Of a DNA stretch of 64,000 bases, positions 1-12,639 are shown in pieces; the stretch's first letter is position 1; each line of letters starts with the position of its first letter. A model generated the notes under the pieces. It was given only the letters and a program-made list of their open reading frames with translations. It searched no databases and was not told the origin of the DNA. Position numbers and translations under genes: made by a program. This DNA is from Planctomycetota bacterium (GTDB lineage Bacteria; Planctomycetota; PLA2; JAEUHO01): NCBI GenBank assembly GCA_050248855.1, contig JBFWRP010000001.1, forward strand, positions 192,001-256,000, read 5' to 3'.

Positions 1-35
1 ATCGCTGGCGTCGGAACGGGAGGCCATGGGCCGGA

Positions 36-635
36 TCACGTCACGTCCTCGTGCGCATCGCGGGCCGCGCCCAGGGCACGCCGTGCGTGGTGCAGGTGCG
101 ACTTGACGGTGGCGTAGCGCATGCGCAGCGTCGCGGCGACGTCCTGCAGCGACAGGCCCTCCCAGGCATGGAGCAACACGACCTCGCGCTGACGCTCGGG
201 GAGCGCCGCGGTCCACGCGGCGGCGCGCCCCAGCTCGTCCTGCATCGAGGGAAGCAGCCACGTGGGCGGCTCGCGACGAAGCGACATGGCCTCGGCCGCA
301 TCCGCTTCGTGGCGGCGGCGGCGCGCTTCGGCGCGATGGCGGTCCACGGCCGTGCGGCACACGATGCGATGCAGCCACGTGCCCAGCCGGGCGTCCCCAC
401 GGAACGCACCGCGCTTGCGCCAAGCACGGAACAGCGCCTCGGCCACGACCTCCTCGGCGACGTGGCCGTCCCCGGTCAGGCGCCAGGCGGTGCCCAAGAG
501 CCGCGGGAGGTCGCGTCGCACGGCCTCGTCGAAGGCACCCCGCCCCAGGCGCGCCGCGTGCGCGTCCGCGAGCACCGCCCGCACCGGGTCTTCGGTCGGC
601 GGGGTGCGCGGGTGGGCGAGGGGGCTGTCGGGCAT
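36..635 (-). CDS. ECF-type RNA polymerase sigma-70 factor
   Basis: Region 2 (AEEVVAEALFRAW..LGTWLHRI) and region 4 (LPERQREVVLLHAWEGLSLQDVA..TVKSHLHHAR). Start taken as ATG at 635; the ORF-track extension to 824 overlaps the divergent boxC start. Confidence 0.9.
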   Translation of the reverse strand: MPDSPLAHPRTPPTEDPVRAVLADAHAARLGRGAFDEAVRRDLPRLLGTAWRLTGDGHVAEEVVAEALFRAWRKRGAFRGDARLGTWLHRIVCRTAVDRHRAEARRRRHEADAAEAMSLRREPPTWLLPSMQDELGRAAAWTAALPERQREVVLLHAWEGLSLQDVAATLRMRYATVKSHLHHARRALGAARDAHEDVT

Positions 636-805
636 CGGGGTCCAGCGGCCTGGCAGGTGCGGGCCAGGCGGTCGGAGGTTGGACGGCCCCCAGCCGCGCG
701 AGGTCCAAGCCGCGAAGGGAAAGCCTATCGGATCGATCCGTTCTTGAAACGCATGGTCCCGCACCCTGGCTCGCCGGGTGGTCCGCGTTGTCGTACCCTC
801 GCGCC

Positions 806-2499
<1,694 letters not shown>

Positions 2500-2500
<1 letters not shown>

Positions 2501-3990
2501 TGGGCAACGTCGACCTGCACGCCCGCATCCCCAACAACGTCGATCTCAAGGAAGACCGGCGTCTGCAGCGGGCGCTGGAGTCCTGGCAGCCCGACTACCT
2601 CCAGTGGTGGATGGAAATGGGGCCGGAGGGCTTCCAGGCCGACCAGATCTACCTGCGCACCGCGGTTGACGTGGGGCGCGATGGCTGGGCCCATTTCGAC
2701 TACGTGAAGATGCCCGAGTACCGCTGGGGCATCTTCCTCGAGCCCGGCACGCCCAACCGCGCCATCCCCTGCGGCGACTTCGCGGGCCAGCCCGCCTGGC
2801 AGCAGGTACCGGGCGAGTGGCGCAACAGCCTGCGCCGGATCATCGTGACCCAGGCCGATACGGAGCCGGCCTCCGTCGAGCAGCAGCGCCTGCTCGGTCA
2901 CACGGCACCCAGCCTCTACGACCTGCGCAACCTCTTCCAGGTCAACGTCGAAGAGGGCCGCCATCTCTGGGCGATGGTCTACCTGCTGCACTCCTACTTC
3001 GGCCGCGATGGCCGCGAGGAGGCCGAGGACCTGCTGCGCCGCCGTTCGGGCAACGCCGACAGCCCGCGCATCCTGGGTACGTTCAACGAGCCCGTCGAGG
3101 ACTGGCTGTCGTTCTTCATGTTCACCACGTTCACGGACCGCGACGGCAAGTTCCAGCTGCTCGCCCTGGCCGAGTCCGGCTTCGATCCGCTGGCCCGGAC
3201 GACGCGCTTCATGCTGACGGAAGAGGCGCATCACATGTTCGTCGGCGAGACGGGCGTGGGGCGCATCATCCAACGCGCCGCCGACGTCATGAACGAGCTC
3301 GGGACGGACGACCCCGAGGCCATCCGCAACCACGGCGCCATCGACCTGCCGACGATCCAGCGCTACATCAACCGCTGGTTCTCCTCGTCGGTCAACCTGT
3401 TCGGCGGCGAGATCAGCAACAACGCGGCCACCTACTTCGCAGCCGGCCTCAAGGGTCGCTACAAGGAAGAGGACCGCTTCCAGGACCACGTGGCCGTCGA
3501 GGGCATCTACGAGATGCCCGTCCCCCACCAGAACGGCGGGGACGTCGCACGCCTGGCTACCGAACAGGTACCGCTGCGCAACGCCATGAACGAGATCCTC
3601 CGCGACGACTACATCGGCGACTGCGAGTTCGTGGTCGATCGCTGGAACCGGGTCCTCGAGAAGGCCGACCGCCCGGAGCGGCTGTCGCTGCCCAACCGTC
3701 GCTTCAACCGCGAGATGGGCATCTACCGCGGCTTCTCCTTCGACCCCGAGGGCCAGCCGATCTCCGCCATCGAGTTCGAGCGCCGCAGCGGCGAGTGGCT
3801 GCCCACGGCCTCCGACAAGGCCTACGTCAAGAGCCTCATGACGCCGGTCCTCGAACCCGGCAAGATGGCCGCCTGGATCGCGCCGCCCCGCAAGGGCATC
3901 GACGGCAAGCCCTGGGAGTGGGAGTACATCCGCTTCGACAAGGCCTCCGTCGGCATCGGCCTCGGCGCCAAGCCCTCCCTGATCGGCTAG
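2500..3990 (+). CDS. boxB: Benzoyl-CoA 2,3-epoxidase, diiron subunit B
   Basis: IPNNVDL, QADTEPASVEQQ, diiron ExxH motifs (VNVEEGRH, MLTEEAHH), C-terminal AWIAPPRKGIDG; ATG at 2500 overlaps the boxC stop. Confidence 0.95.
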
Positions 3991-4009
3991 CTGTCGGCCG
4001 CCAACGAGA

Positions 4010-4154
4010 GCGGTAGGCGGCGGGGATCTCTTCCGCAGCTTGCCGCCCTGTGCTGCGGTAGGTGGCGGGGATTCCTTCCGCAGCTTGCCGCCCTGTGCTT
4101 GCGCCCGCAGGCGTGCCCTTCGGCAAGCTGCGGAAGAATTCCCCGCCTCCGTAC
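4010..4154. repeat. REP/REPIN-like element, copy 1 (two direct 45-bp units plus one inverted arm)
   Basis: GCGGTAGG(C/T)GGCGGGGAT..CTTCCGCAGCTTGCCGCCCTGTGCT at 4010-4054 and 4055-4099; inverted arm CGGCAAGCTGCGGAAGAATTCCCCGCCTCCGTAC at 4121-4154; lies between convergent genes. Confidence 0.85.
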
Positions 4155-4222
4155 GGGCTTTGCCGCCGACCTGGAGCGCAGACACCGGAGGACGGCGTCC
4201 ACCGGGGGCGGTCCGCCCGGGA

Positions 4223-4852
4223 TCAGGCACCCGCCTGCAAGCGCTCCAGCTGACGGTCGTGCGTACGCGACAGCAAGAGCAGCGCCAGGATCGCGCCCAC
4301 GAGACACGTCGCAATGTCCCACTGGGTGTCCCAGATGTCGCCCTGCGTGCCGAGGAACGCCTCGGCCGCGTGTCCGCCCGCGACCGCGGCCCACCACTCG
4401 ATCAGCTCGTAGAACGCGCTGATCGCAAGACACACCGACACGACAAGGAAGCGCAGCCACCCGCCGCGCCGCAACGGACTCGTCCGGAGCAGCACCTCGC
4501 GCACGACGAGCGCGGGCACGAAGCCCTGCACGAAGTGCCCGAAACGGTCGTAGGGGTTCCGATCCAGCCCCAAGGCATCGCGCACCCAGTCGCCCGCCGG
4601 CACCCGCGCGTAGGTGTAGTGCGCGCCCGCCAGCAAGCCGAGCGCATGCAGGACCAACAGGCGCTGCACCAGCGGCGTCAGGGGGAAGCGGTTGCGGACC
4701 ACGAGCACGAGGGGCAAGCCCACGAGCACGGGGAACGCCTCCAGGAACCACGTCAGCGCGTCGTGCGGCCGAATGGCGGAGACGAGCGTGGCCACCGCGG
4801 CGACGCCGACGAGCACGTACGGCTCCACGCGCCGGGCGGCCAGCTCACGCAT
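4223..4852 (-). CDS. DUF2238/YjdF-like inner membrane protein
   Basis: TWFLE, GAHYTYARVP, RNPYDRFGHFVQG, YELIEW and FLGTQGDIWDTQWD motifs; hydrophobic helices. Confidence 0.85.
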   Translation of the reverse strand: MRELAARRVEPYVLVGVAAVATLVSAIRPHDALTWFLEAFPVLVGLPLVLVVRNRFPLTPLVQRLLVLHALGLLAGAHYTYARVPAGDWVRDALGLDRNPYDRFGHFVQGFVPALVVREVLLRTSPLRRGGWLRFLVVSVCLAISAFYELIEWWAAVAGGHAAEAFLGTQGDIWDTQWDIATCLVGAILALLLLSRTHDRQLERLQAGA

Positions 4853-5210
4853 CGGCCCCTTCCCCACCCGTGCCCTGGGGCACCCCGTCGGCGTCGACGT
4901 CGTCGCGCGCGGTCGGGCACGAGCGCCTGAGGTGCTCGTACGAGAAGATGCCGCTGTCGTGGCCATCGCTGAAGTCGAAGCGGAGCGCGTAGGAACCGAC
5001 GGCTCCTGCGCCCCGCAGGCGCACCTCGCGCACGTCCTCGAAGCGCGGCGGCTCGACCTGGCCCGGCGCGTGCCCGCGGCAGGCAGCACACGGACAGATC
5101 CAACGCAGGTAGGCCCCCGTGTAGCGGCTCTCGTGCCCATCGCGCCACGTGATCACCACGCGGTTGGCGTCCAGGTCCACGCGGACGGCTGCCGGATCGG
5201 TCGAGGTCAT
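4845..5210 (-). CDS. DUF971 / gamma-butyrobetaine hydroxylase N-terminal-like small metal-binding protein
   Basis: ITWRDGHES..LRWICPCAACRGH..VGSYALRFDFSDGHDSGIFSYEHLR; ATG at 5210 overlaps the upstream stop. Confidence 0.85.
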   Translation of the reverse strand: MTSTDPAAVRVDLDANRVVITWRDGHESRYTGAYLRWICPCAACRGHAPGQVEPPRFEDVREVRLRGAGAVGSYALRFDFSDGHDSGIFSYEHLRRSCPTARDDVDADGVPQGTGGEGADA

Positions 5211-7003
5211 CGCGAGGTCCCTGGTCCCAGGAGCTCCACGAGCGTACGACGCAGATCCGCCAGGTCCTCCGCCTCGTGGCACGTCGACTCCGTGCAGATC
5301 GTGGCGGCGGGCCCGTGCTCGAAGGACGGGTCCAGGCGAACCCGGGGGTCCCGTAGCGCTGCCAGCCGTACCTCGCGCAGCAGCGCGGCGCTCGCAGGCC
5401 CCCGCTCCCGTAGGGCGACGCGGAGGACCGGCCCGCGGGCCAGGTCGACCAGGCGACGGGCAGCACGGAGCGCCCCCGCCCCGTGGAAGCCGTGTTCTTG
5501 CACGGCCCGCTCGTCGGCCACGGCGCGCAGCGCCTGCGTGCAGGTCTCCCGCTCCGCCTCCGTCGCCCCGAGGTGCAGGCGGAAGCGCACGGCGCGCGCC
5601 ACGCCTTCGAGCGACGAACGACGGACCGCGAACAGGCCGACGTCCCCGTGGCCGAGCGTGGCATCGGCCCACGCACCCGTCTCGCGATCGCCCAGGTACG
5701 TGTCCATGCCCCGGGCCAAGGCCCGCGCCGCGGCCAGATGGCGTGCGCCGCGCTCGGACTCGAACCCCCGGGCCGTGGCGAGCGCCACGAGCGCGCCTCC
5801 GAGATCCGCGTAGTCCACGAGGAAGAGACGTCCGCCATCGCCCCCCGCCGCGTGCACGAGCACCTCGCCGCCCTCGCTGACGTGGGTCTTGACAAGGCGC
5901 TCGGCGGCCCGCTCGGCCGCGTCCAGTGCGTTCGGGCTGTCCGTCGCCACCGCCCACCGCACGAGCGCTTCGATGATCTGGCCGTTCTCGCTGGCGTAGA
6001 CGTTCGTGTCCACGCGCGGCACCCCATGGGGCGCTCGTCCCGCGGCATCCAGCCTGTGGTACGCCTCGCCGGCGAGTCCCGGCGCATCCGCGTCCTGGCT
6101 GGCGCCGAAGGCTCCGCCCGGCTGCTGCAGCGTCCCGAGCATCCAGCGCACCAGCGGAGCACCGGCACGCATCCACCGCTCCTCGCCCGTCCGCGCGAAC
6201 GCCTCGGCATACGCCATCAGCGCCCCCGCGTTCACGGAAACGATCTTCTCCGGATGCCAACGGTCCCAGCGGCCCTCGAGGCTGTACTGGTACATCCCGC
6301 CGGCCACGGGATCGATCAAGCTCCGCCAGGCCTCCAGCGTGCGAATCGCACGCTTCCAGCCCTGGGCCCCGCCCACGGGATCGGCGTACGAACGCTCCAG
6401 AGCGTCGAGCACGGGATCGGCCAGCGGGTACTTCTGCGGCCGGCCCCAACCCGCCGCTTGCTCGTCCCACGCGGCGTCCAGCCGCGCCTCGATGCTGCGC
6501 ACCAACGCTTCGAGGTCCTCGGCGCGTCGCAGCGGACCGACATCGGCATTGGGATCGGCGAAGCCCGGGTACGGCCCACCGGCCGCCACCAGCTTGTCCA
6601 CCTGGTCCAAGACCCGCAGCAGCGCGTCCGGACCCCGGTAGCCGCGTAGCGCCAGCACCGGCTCCCCCGCCGCCGTCAGGAACGCCGTCGTGGGCCAGCG
6701 GTAGCGCCGGAAGCGCTCGGCCAGATCCGGCCGCGCATCCGCGTCCACGTAGATGGGCAGGAAGCGCCGCGCCAACACGGCGCGCACCCGCGCGTCGCCG
6801 TACGTCTCGCGCTTCATCACGTGGCACCAGTGGCACCACGACGTGGAGACCATCAGGAGCACGACCCGGCCCTCGCGCTGCGCATGCTCGAAGGTCGAGG
6901 CGCCCCACTCGGCAAAGCCGCTCGGCGGCTCCCCCCGTGCCGACGGAGCCCCGACCGCGCAAAGTCCCGCCAAGACCGCAGCGAGCAGGGTCGCTCGCCT
7001 CAC
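5207..7003 (-). CDS. Exported thioredoxin-domain protein, YyaL/DUF255 family
   Basis: Signal peptide, then WCHWCHVM..ETY, VDADARPDL, WPTTAFLT, DPVAGG..HPEK and ASQDAD; GTG start overlaps the upstream TGA. Confidence 0.85.
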   Translation of the reverse strand: MRRATLLAAVLAGLCAVGAPSARGEPPSGFAEWGASTFEHAQREGRVVLLMVSTSWCHWCHVMKRETYGDARVRAVLARRFLPIYVDADARPDLAERFRRYRWPTTAFLTAAGEPVLALRGYRGPDALLRVLDQVDKLVAAGGPYPGFADPNADVGPLRRAEDLEALVRSIEARLDAAWDEQAAGWGRPQKYPLADPVLDALERSYADPVGGAQGWKRAIRTLEAWRSLIDPVAGGMYQYSLEGRWDRWHPEKIVSVNAGALMAYAEAFARTGEERWMRAGAPLVRWMLGTLQQPGGAFGASQDADAPGLAGEAYHRLDAAGRAPHGVPRVDTNVYASENGQIIEALVRWAVATDSPNALDAAERAAERLVKTHVSEGGEVLVHAAGGDGGRLFLVDYADLGGALVALATARGFESERGARHLAAARALARGMDTYLGDRETGAWADATLGHGDVGLFAVRRSSLEGVARAVRFRLHLGATEAERETCTQALRAVADERAVQEHGFHGAGALRAARRLVDLARGPVLRVALRERGPASAALLREVRLAALRDPRVRLDPSFEHGPAATICTESTCHEAEDLADLRRTLVELLGPGTSR

Positions 7004-9168
7004 GGACGTCCGATCTCCTGGGCCAGGAAGGTGTGCTCGTCGAGCAGCTCTTCCTTGTACTGCTTGAGCGACGCGCTCCCGTGGCCGCTGTCGCGGTCGA
7101 CGCGCAGCAGGATCGGGTGGTCCGACGTGTTCAGGTGCTGGAGGGCCGCGGTCAGCTTGCGGGCGTGAAACGTGTTCACGCGCCCGTCCTCCAAGCCGGA
7201 GGTGGTCAGGACCGCCGGGTAGGCCGCCCGCCCCAGGTTGTGGTACGGCGACCACGCGCAGATGCCCGGGAAGGCATCGGCATCGTCGGGATCTCCGTAC
7301 TCCTTCGTCCACGACGCGGCGAACTGGAACTTGTGGAAGCGAAGCATGTCGATCAGCGGCACGCCGCAGATCACGGCGCGACACAGGTCCGGACGCTGGG
7401 CAATGACGGCCGCCACGAGCAGGCCACCGTTGCTGCCGCCCTCGATGGCCAGCCGCGAGCGATCGACCTTGCCGTCGGCCACCAGCCCATCGGCCACGGC
7501 GATGAAGTCGTCGAAGACGTTCTGCTTGTTCTCGAGGCACCCGGCCTCGTGCCACGCCTCGCCGAACTCGTCGCCCCCCCGGAGGCAGGCGATCGCGTAC
7601 ACGCCGCCCCGCTCGGCCCACAGCGCCCGCGCCTTGCTGAAGCCCGGGTAGAGGCCCACGCGGAAGCCCCCGTACCCGTAGAGCACGAGCGGCGTGGTGC
7701 CGCCGTAGGCCACGTCCTTGCGGCGGAGGAGGAACACGGGAATCTCCGTGCCGTCCTTGCTCGTGTAGCGGACGCGCTCGGTGACCAGGTTCGCCACGTC
7801 GATCGTGGTGGGCATCTGCTCGATCTGCCTCGGTGCCAGCATCGCCAGTCCGCCGGCTTCCGCCGGCTTGCCAGGGGCCGCGAGATCCACGACCCAGGTG
7901 CTGAACGGCACGCTGTAGGACTGGAAGCCGAACCAGAGGCGCGTGTCCCCTTGGCGCGTGCGCAGACCGCGGACGGTGCCGGGCGCCGGCAGGCGGACTT
8001 CGCGGGGCTCGTCGCTGCCGTCGAGCAGCCGCACGTAGAGGCGGCTGATCACGTCCTCGCGGATGAGCGCCACCACGTAGCGGTCGTCGACGACCGCCAC
8101 CTCGTCCAGGACGGCGGTCTTGCTGCGCGGCAGCTCGAGCTCGTCCCAGGCACCGGGGGTGCCGTCGTCGTTGACGGGTGCCGTGTAGAGAGCGCGCAGG
8201 TCGGTGTGACGGTCGCTGTTCAAGAGGAACGTGTCGCCGATGCGATCCACCCACGTGCGGTCCGTCATGCCCGTGACGATCGGCGTCTTCACGAGGCCGC
8301 CGGGCACCACCTCGACCTGCCACGTCTCGTGGTCCTGCCAGGGCATGCCCTGCACCAGGAAGAGGTGCTTCTCGTCGGAGCTGCGGTACACCCCGCGCCA
8401 CTCCAGCTTGGGTCGGCCGCGGCCGTAGACCATGACGTCGTCCCAGGGCATGTCCCCGAGCCGGTGGTGGAAGATGCGGCGGTGGTACTGCTCGTCACCC
8501 TCCGGCACGGACTCGCCGTCGGGGAGCCGGTTGTAGAAGAAGCCCTTGCCGTCCAGGTCCCAGGCGACGTCGGTGAACTTGCAGCGCGTGATCCGCTCGG
8601 GCAGGTCCTTGCCCGTGACGACGTCACGGATCAAGAGGTCCATGTCCTCGCTGCCCTTCTCGTCACGCAGGTACGCCACGTGCGAGCCGGTCGGGGAGAC
8701 GAACCAATCCCCCATGCCCGCCGTGCCGTCCTCGCTCCAGGTGTTGGGGTCCAGGACCACGCGCGGGGTCTGGAGCGTGTCCTCCTCGTCCGTGACGTAG
8801 AGGACCGCGTGGTTGGCGCCCTCCGGGCGCTTCGTGAACCACATGCGACCGCCCTCGAAGGTCGGCAGCGAGCGCATGCCCGGCAGGTCGAGCTCCTCGG
8901 CGATCCGCTTCCGCCACGCGTCGCGTTCCGGCCACGCATCGAGGCGCTTGCGGACCAGCGCCAGCTGCGCCTCGTCGAACGCGACGACCTCGGGCGCATC
9001 GTCGTCCTCGGTCCAGCGGTAGGGGTCGGGAACGGCCTCGCCGTGCATCACGTCGACGACGTCACCGCGCGGGGCCGGCGGGTAGTCGAGCTTCTCGTCC
9101 GCCCGGCCGGGCGAGGCCGGCAGCGCGGGCAGCAAGAGGGCGGCAAGCAGCAAGGGACGGAAGCGCAT
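7000..9168 (-). CDS. Prolyl oligopeptidase (S9A), exported
   Basis: Signal peptide, DPYRWTE, LYGYGGF, catalytic GGSNGG, EDGRV and DSGHG. Confidence 0.93.
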   Translation of the reverse strand: MRFRPLLLAALLLPALPASPGRADEKLDYPPAPRGDVVDVMHGEAVPDPYRWTEDDDAPEVVAFDEAQLALVRKRLDAWPERDAWRKRIAEELDLPGMRSLPTFEGGRMWFTKRPEGANHAVLYVTDEEDTLQTPRVVLDPNTWSEDGTAGMGDWFVSPTGSHVAYLRDEKGSEDMDLLIRDVVTGKDLPERITRCKFTDVAWDLDGKGFFYNRLPDGESVPEGDEQYHRRIFHHRLGDMPWDDVMVYGRGRPKLEWRGVYRSSDEKHLFLVQGMPWQDHETWQVEVVPGGLVKTPIVTGMTDRTWVDRIGDTFLLNSDRHTDLRALYTAPVNDDGTPGAWDELELPRSKTAVLDEVAVVDDRYVVALIREDVISRLYVRLLDGSDEPREVRLPAPGTVRGLRTRQGDTRLWFGFQSYSVPFSTWVVDLAAPGKPAEAGGLAMLAPRQIEQMPTTIDVANLVTERVRYTSKDGTEIPVFLLRRKDVAYGGTTPLVLYGYGGFRVGLYPGFSKARALWAERGGVYAIACLRGGDEFGEAWHEAGCLENKQNVFDDFIAVADGLVADGKVDRSRLAIEGGSNGGLLVAAVIAQRPDLCRAVICGVPLIDMLRFHKFQFAASWTKEYGDPDDADAFPGICAWSPYHNLGRAAYPAVLTTSGLEDGRVNTFHARKLTAALQHLNTSDHPILLRVDRDSGHGSASLKQYKEELLDEHTFLAQEIGRP

Positions 9169-9668
9169 CAGGACTCCAGACGACGTAGGACGCGCGGGGG
9201 AAGGGACCACGAGAGGGTGCCCCCACCGCGGCGAGGGACCCCCGGATACCCGATCGCGAGTGCGGCGGCCTTCTTGAGCTCGATGCGCAAGTCCGGCTGG
9301 CCGGTCAGGAGCCACGAGGCGAGCGCAGCGAGCGAGGGCTGGTGCCCCACGAGCACGACGCTGCCCGAGGCTTGGCGCAGCGCCGGATCGGCGAGGATCT
9401 CCTCGTAGGGCCCGCCCAGGGCCAGGGCCTGGCTCGTGGACGGAGGCGCGGCGTGGAGCGCCTGGGCCACGATCGCGGCCGTCTCCTCGGCGCGGCGCAG
9501 CGGACTCGTGACGACGGCGGGCGGCTCGTCGAAGAGCGTCGCCAAGCCGCGTGCCGCCTCGCGCGTCCGCTCGATGCCTTCGGGCGAGAGGCCGCGCTCC
9601 GCATCGGAGCGCGCACCCTCCACGCCGACGGGCGACGCGATGCCATGGCGCACGAGCACGACGAGCAT
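9168..9668 (-). CDS. sixA: Phosphohistidine phosphatase SixA-like (histidine phosphatase superfamily)
   Basis: LVRHG, TSPLRRAEETA and LVGHQP motifs; GGAGG RBS upstream. Confidence 0.85.
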   Translation of the reverse strand: MLVVLVRHGIASPVGVEGARSDAERGLSPEGIERTREAARGLATLFDEPPAVVTSPLRRAEETAAIVAQALHAAPPSTSQALALGGPYEEILADPALRQASGSVVLVGHQPSLAALASWLLTGQPDLRIELKKAAALAIGYPGVPRRGGGTLSWSLPPRVLRRLES

Positions 9669-9745
9669 GGGGCACGACCTCCGAGCGGCGAAGCATACGC
9701 CCCTTGCATGCGCGTGGCGGCCCCGGCGCGTAGCCTCGGCCCTTC

Positions 9746-11224
9746 GTGACCGTGCCGCGTCGGCCCCCGCCCGTCCCGTTGCCCGAGGCCCGCTGGCCCG
9801 ACGCGCACGCTGCCGCATCCGCGCGCTTGTTCCAGCCGCTGCCGTTGGGGCCGCGCACGGCGCGCACGAGGACGTGGGTCCCGGCCATGGTGCCGTGGCG
9901 CGCCACCGAGGACGGTTTCGTCACACCGGGCAACCTCGACTGGTACGGCCGGTTCGCCCGCGGCCGCCCCGGTGTGCTGGTGGCGGAGGCCACCGGCATC
10001 CGCGACGTGAAGAGCGGGCCGCTCCTGCGCATCGGCCACGGCCGCTTCGTGCCGGGCCTGAGGAAGCTCGTCGAGCGCGTGAGGGACGAGAGCGAAGGCC
10101 GCACGCTCTTCTTCGTGCAGCTCATCGACTTCCTCACGGTGCGCCGCCGGCCCGAGCCGGCCAGGTGGTTCGCGCGGTGGTACCGGCCCCGGCCCGGCCA
10201 CGCCGCGGCCCTGGCCCGCGTCACGGGGAAGGCCGAGCACGAAGGGCTCGACGAGGCCGCCCTTGGGACCGCGCTGCTCGAGGCCGGACCCGAGGCCTGG
10301 CGGGCCGTGCTCGATGACCGCGCCTTCGAGGAGCTCGAACGCGGCTACCGCGAGCGCGTGACCGACACGCACCTGCCCCACATCCGCGACTTGCCCCAGG
10401 TCCTGCCCGGCCTGTTCGCCGACGCGGCGCGACGGGCCGTGGATGCAGGGTTCGACGGCGTCGAGCTGCACTTTGCCCACGCCTACACCATGGCCTCGTT
10501 CCTGAGTCGCACGAACGACCGCGACGATGGCTACGGCGGCTCGCCCGAAGGTCGACTGCGCTGCCCGCTCGAGGTGCTCGACGCCGTGCGGGCGGCGGTG
10601 GGCAACGCGGCCGTCGTCGGCGCCCGCATCCTGGGGGACGAAGTGATCGCCGGCGGCAGCCGCATCGCCGACGCCTGCCACTACGCCGTCGCGTTGGCCG
10701 AGGGCGGCTTGGACGTGCTCTCGCTGAGCAAGGGCGGGCGCTTCGAAGACGCCAAGGTCCCACGCATCGGCGAAGCGGTCTACCCCTACACGGGCCCCAG
10801 CGGCCACGAGTGCATGCCGACCGTGCGCATCGACGAGCGCGGCCCCTTCGCGCGCAACCTGCCGCTCGCCGCGGCCGTCCGCCACGCCGTCCACGAAGCC
10901 GGCCACGCGATGCCGATCGTGGCCGCCGGCGGCTTCTGCACCTTCGACATGATGGAGGACGCCCTGGCTGCGGGCCACGCCGACGCCATCGCCAGCGCAC
11001 GCCAGTCGCTCGCCGACCCCGACTGGTTCGAGAAGATCCGCATCGGCCGCGGCAACGAGATCCGCCGCTGCGTCTTCACCAACTACTGCGAAGGCCTCGA
11101 CCAGATGCACCGCGAGGTCACGTGCAAGCTCTGGGACAAGGACATCGCCCCCGACGACACCACCACCCCCCGCGCCGCCGACGGCCGCCGCCGCCTCGTC
11201 GCGCCGCCCTGGCCGCAGGCCTGA
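9746..11224 (+). CDS. NADH:flavin oxidoreductase (Old Yellow Enzyme family) with C-terminal Cys cluster
   Basis: AGFDGVELHFAHAY, NDRDDGYGGS, ARQSLADPDW, C-terminal CVFTNYC..C. Confidence 0.88.
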   Translation: MTVPRRPPPVPLPEARWPDAHAAASARLFQPLPLGPRTARTRTWVPAMVPWRATEDGFVTPGNLDWYGRFARGRPGVLVAEATGIRDVKSGPLLRIGHGRFVPGLRKLVERVRDESEGRTLFFVQLIDFLTVRRRPEPARWFARWYRPRPGHAAALARVTGKAEHEGLDEAALGTALLEAGPEAWRAVLDDRAFEELERGYRERVTDTHLPHIRDLPQVLPGLFADAARRAVDAGFDGVELHFAHAYTMASFLSRTNDRDDGYGGSPEGRLRCPLEVLDAVRAAVGNAAVVGARILGDEVIAGGSRIADACHYAVALAEGGLDVLSLSKGGRFEDAKVPRIGEAVYPYTGPSGHECMPTVRIDERGPFARNLPLAAAVRHAVHEAGHAMPIVAAGGFCTFDMMEDALAAGHADAIASARQSLADPDWFEKIRIGRGNEIRRCVFTNYCEGLDQMHREVTCKLWDKDIAPDDTTTPRAADGRRRLVAPPWPQA

Positions 11225-11289
11225 GGAGGGCACTCCGCATGCCCCGGGCCCGGATTCGCTAGACTCGTTGGCCGCGTGCCCTGCGCGCG

Positions 11290-12639
11290 GTGGTGCGTTC
11301 CAGCCCGTCTGACCAGGGGGGTGCAAGCGTGGGATGTCGTCGGCTCTTGGTGCCAGCCCGACCGCTGGCCCTGCTCATGGTGTTCATCCTGCCCTTGGGT
11401 TGCGGGTCTGGCCGAGGCACCGCCGTGGCCCTGGTCGACGTCCAGGGCAAGCTGCGGGATCCGTTCGGGCGGCCGACCGGTGTCGGAACGCTCGTCACGA
11501 TCCTGGGCCACGCCACGACCCAGGCCGATGACAACGGGGAGTTCTTCGTGCCGGACGTGGCCGTGCCCTACACGATCGTGCTGCACGGCGAGGACGTCAC
11601 CCCCAGCGAGTCGGGGGCCATCATCCTTCGGGGACTCACGCGTCCGGACCCGACGTATCGCCGCGAGTGGGGAAGCGTCCTCGGACCGCATGAATCTGCC
11701 ATCGCTGGATCGGCGCCGCCGAACACCGAGGTGGCGGGCGACCTGCTGGTCATGGGCAGCGCGGCTCGCCCGCACGATGCGCGCGTGGAGAGCGTGAGCA
11801 CCACGACGGGGAACTTCGTCTGGAGCGTGCGCTGGGATGGCCCCGCTGCGACGACGGTCAACGTGCGCGCCCTGCGCTTCACACGCGATGGGGACGGTCG
11901 CCCCACGAGCTTCCTGGGCTACGGGGTGAGCTCCACGTCGCTGACCAGCGGGGTGAGCCTGTTGGGGTTCCCCATTTCGCTCACGCCCGTTGCCGCCCGC
12001 ACCATCGCGGGGACGATCAACGCCCCGGCGGGCACGGATCTCTTTCGAGCCGCGCACCGACTGCGGTGGTCGCCTTGGGACGTCCATGTGCTCGACGACT
12101 ACTTCCCGGACACGTCCTCCTTCGCGTTCTCCGTGCCCCACCTGCCCAGCCTCCAGCACGACCTGGAGCTCCACGCCTACGATGAGGTGCTCGGCGCGTT
12201 CACGCGGGTCCATCGCAATGACGTACCGGCAGGCGCGACGAACGTGCAGGTCGACATCCCACCCCCTTCGGACCTGCTGCAGCCTCCGGAGGACGGCGTC
12301 TTCGGACCGCAGACGATCCTCGAGGCCGACGTGCATCAGGACCGCGTGTACCAATTCGACATCGTCCCCGGAATCCTGGAATGGGATCCGGCAACGGATC
12401 CGTGGCCCGAGGGCGGGCGCTTCACCATCTACACCACCTCGCCAACCGCTTCGATCCCGGATCTCGGGTTCCTGGGCGTGACACTGCCCCCCGACACGCC
12501 CTACATGGCCACGCTGACTTCGTTCGGGCCGTTTGCGACGATCGATGAGGCCTTCGGTCCGGATGGACTCTACAACGAGCAGCGCGACGGCCAGTTCCTC
12601 ACGAACCAACGCGTGAGGCAGGTCAGGACCGCACCGTAG
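11290..12639 (+). CDS. Putative lipoprotein with beta-rich (carboxypeptidase-regulatory/Ig-like) domains
   Basis: Hydrophobic stretch with LPLGC lipobox; TTQADDNGEFFV motif. Start uncertain (11290, 11329 or 11377). Confidence 0.65.
   Translation: MVRSSPSDQGGASVGCRRLLVPARPLALLMVFILPLGCGSGRGTAVALVDVQGKLRDPFGRPTGVGTLVTILGHATTQADDNGEFFVPDVAVPYTIVLHGEDVTPSESGAIILRGLTRPDPTYRREWGSVLGPHESAIAGSAPPNTEVAGDLLVMGSAARPHDARVESVSTTTGNFVWSVRWDGPAATTVNVRALRFTRDGDGRPTSFLGYGVSSTSLTSGVSLLGFPISLTPVAARTIAGTINAPAGTDLFRAAHRLRWSPWDVHVLDDYFPDTSSFAFSVPHLPSLQHDLELHAYDEVLGAFTRVHRNDVPAGATNVQVDIPPPSDLLQPPEDGVFGPQTILEADVHQDRVYQFDIVPGILEWDPATDPWPEGGRFTIYTTSPTASIPDLGFLGVTLPPDTPYMATLTSFGPFATIDEAFGPDGLYNEQRDGQFLTNQRVRQVRTAP

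Noticed and set aside
1..39. Start of a possible anti-sigma gene coupled to the ECF stop (GTGA overlap)
   Set aside because: Only 13 codons fall inside the window, too few to support a call.
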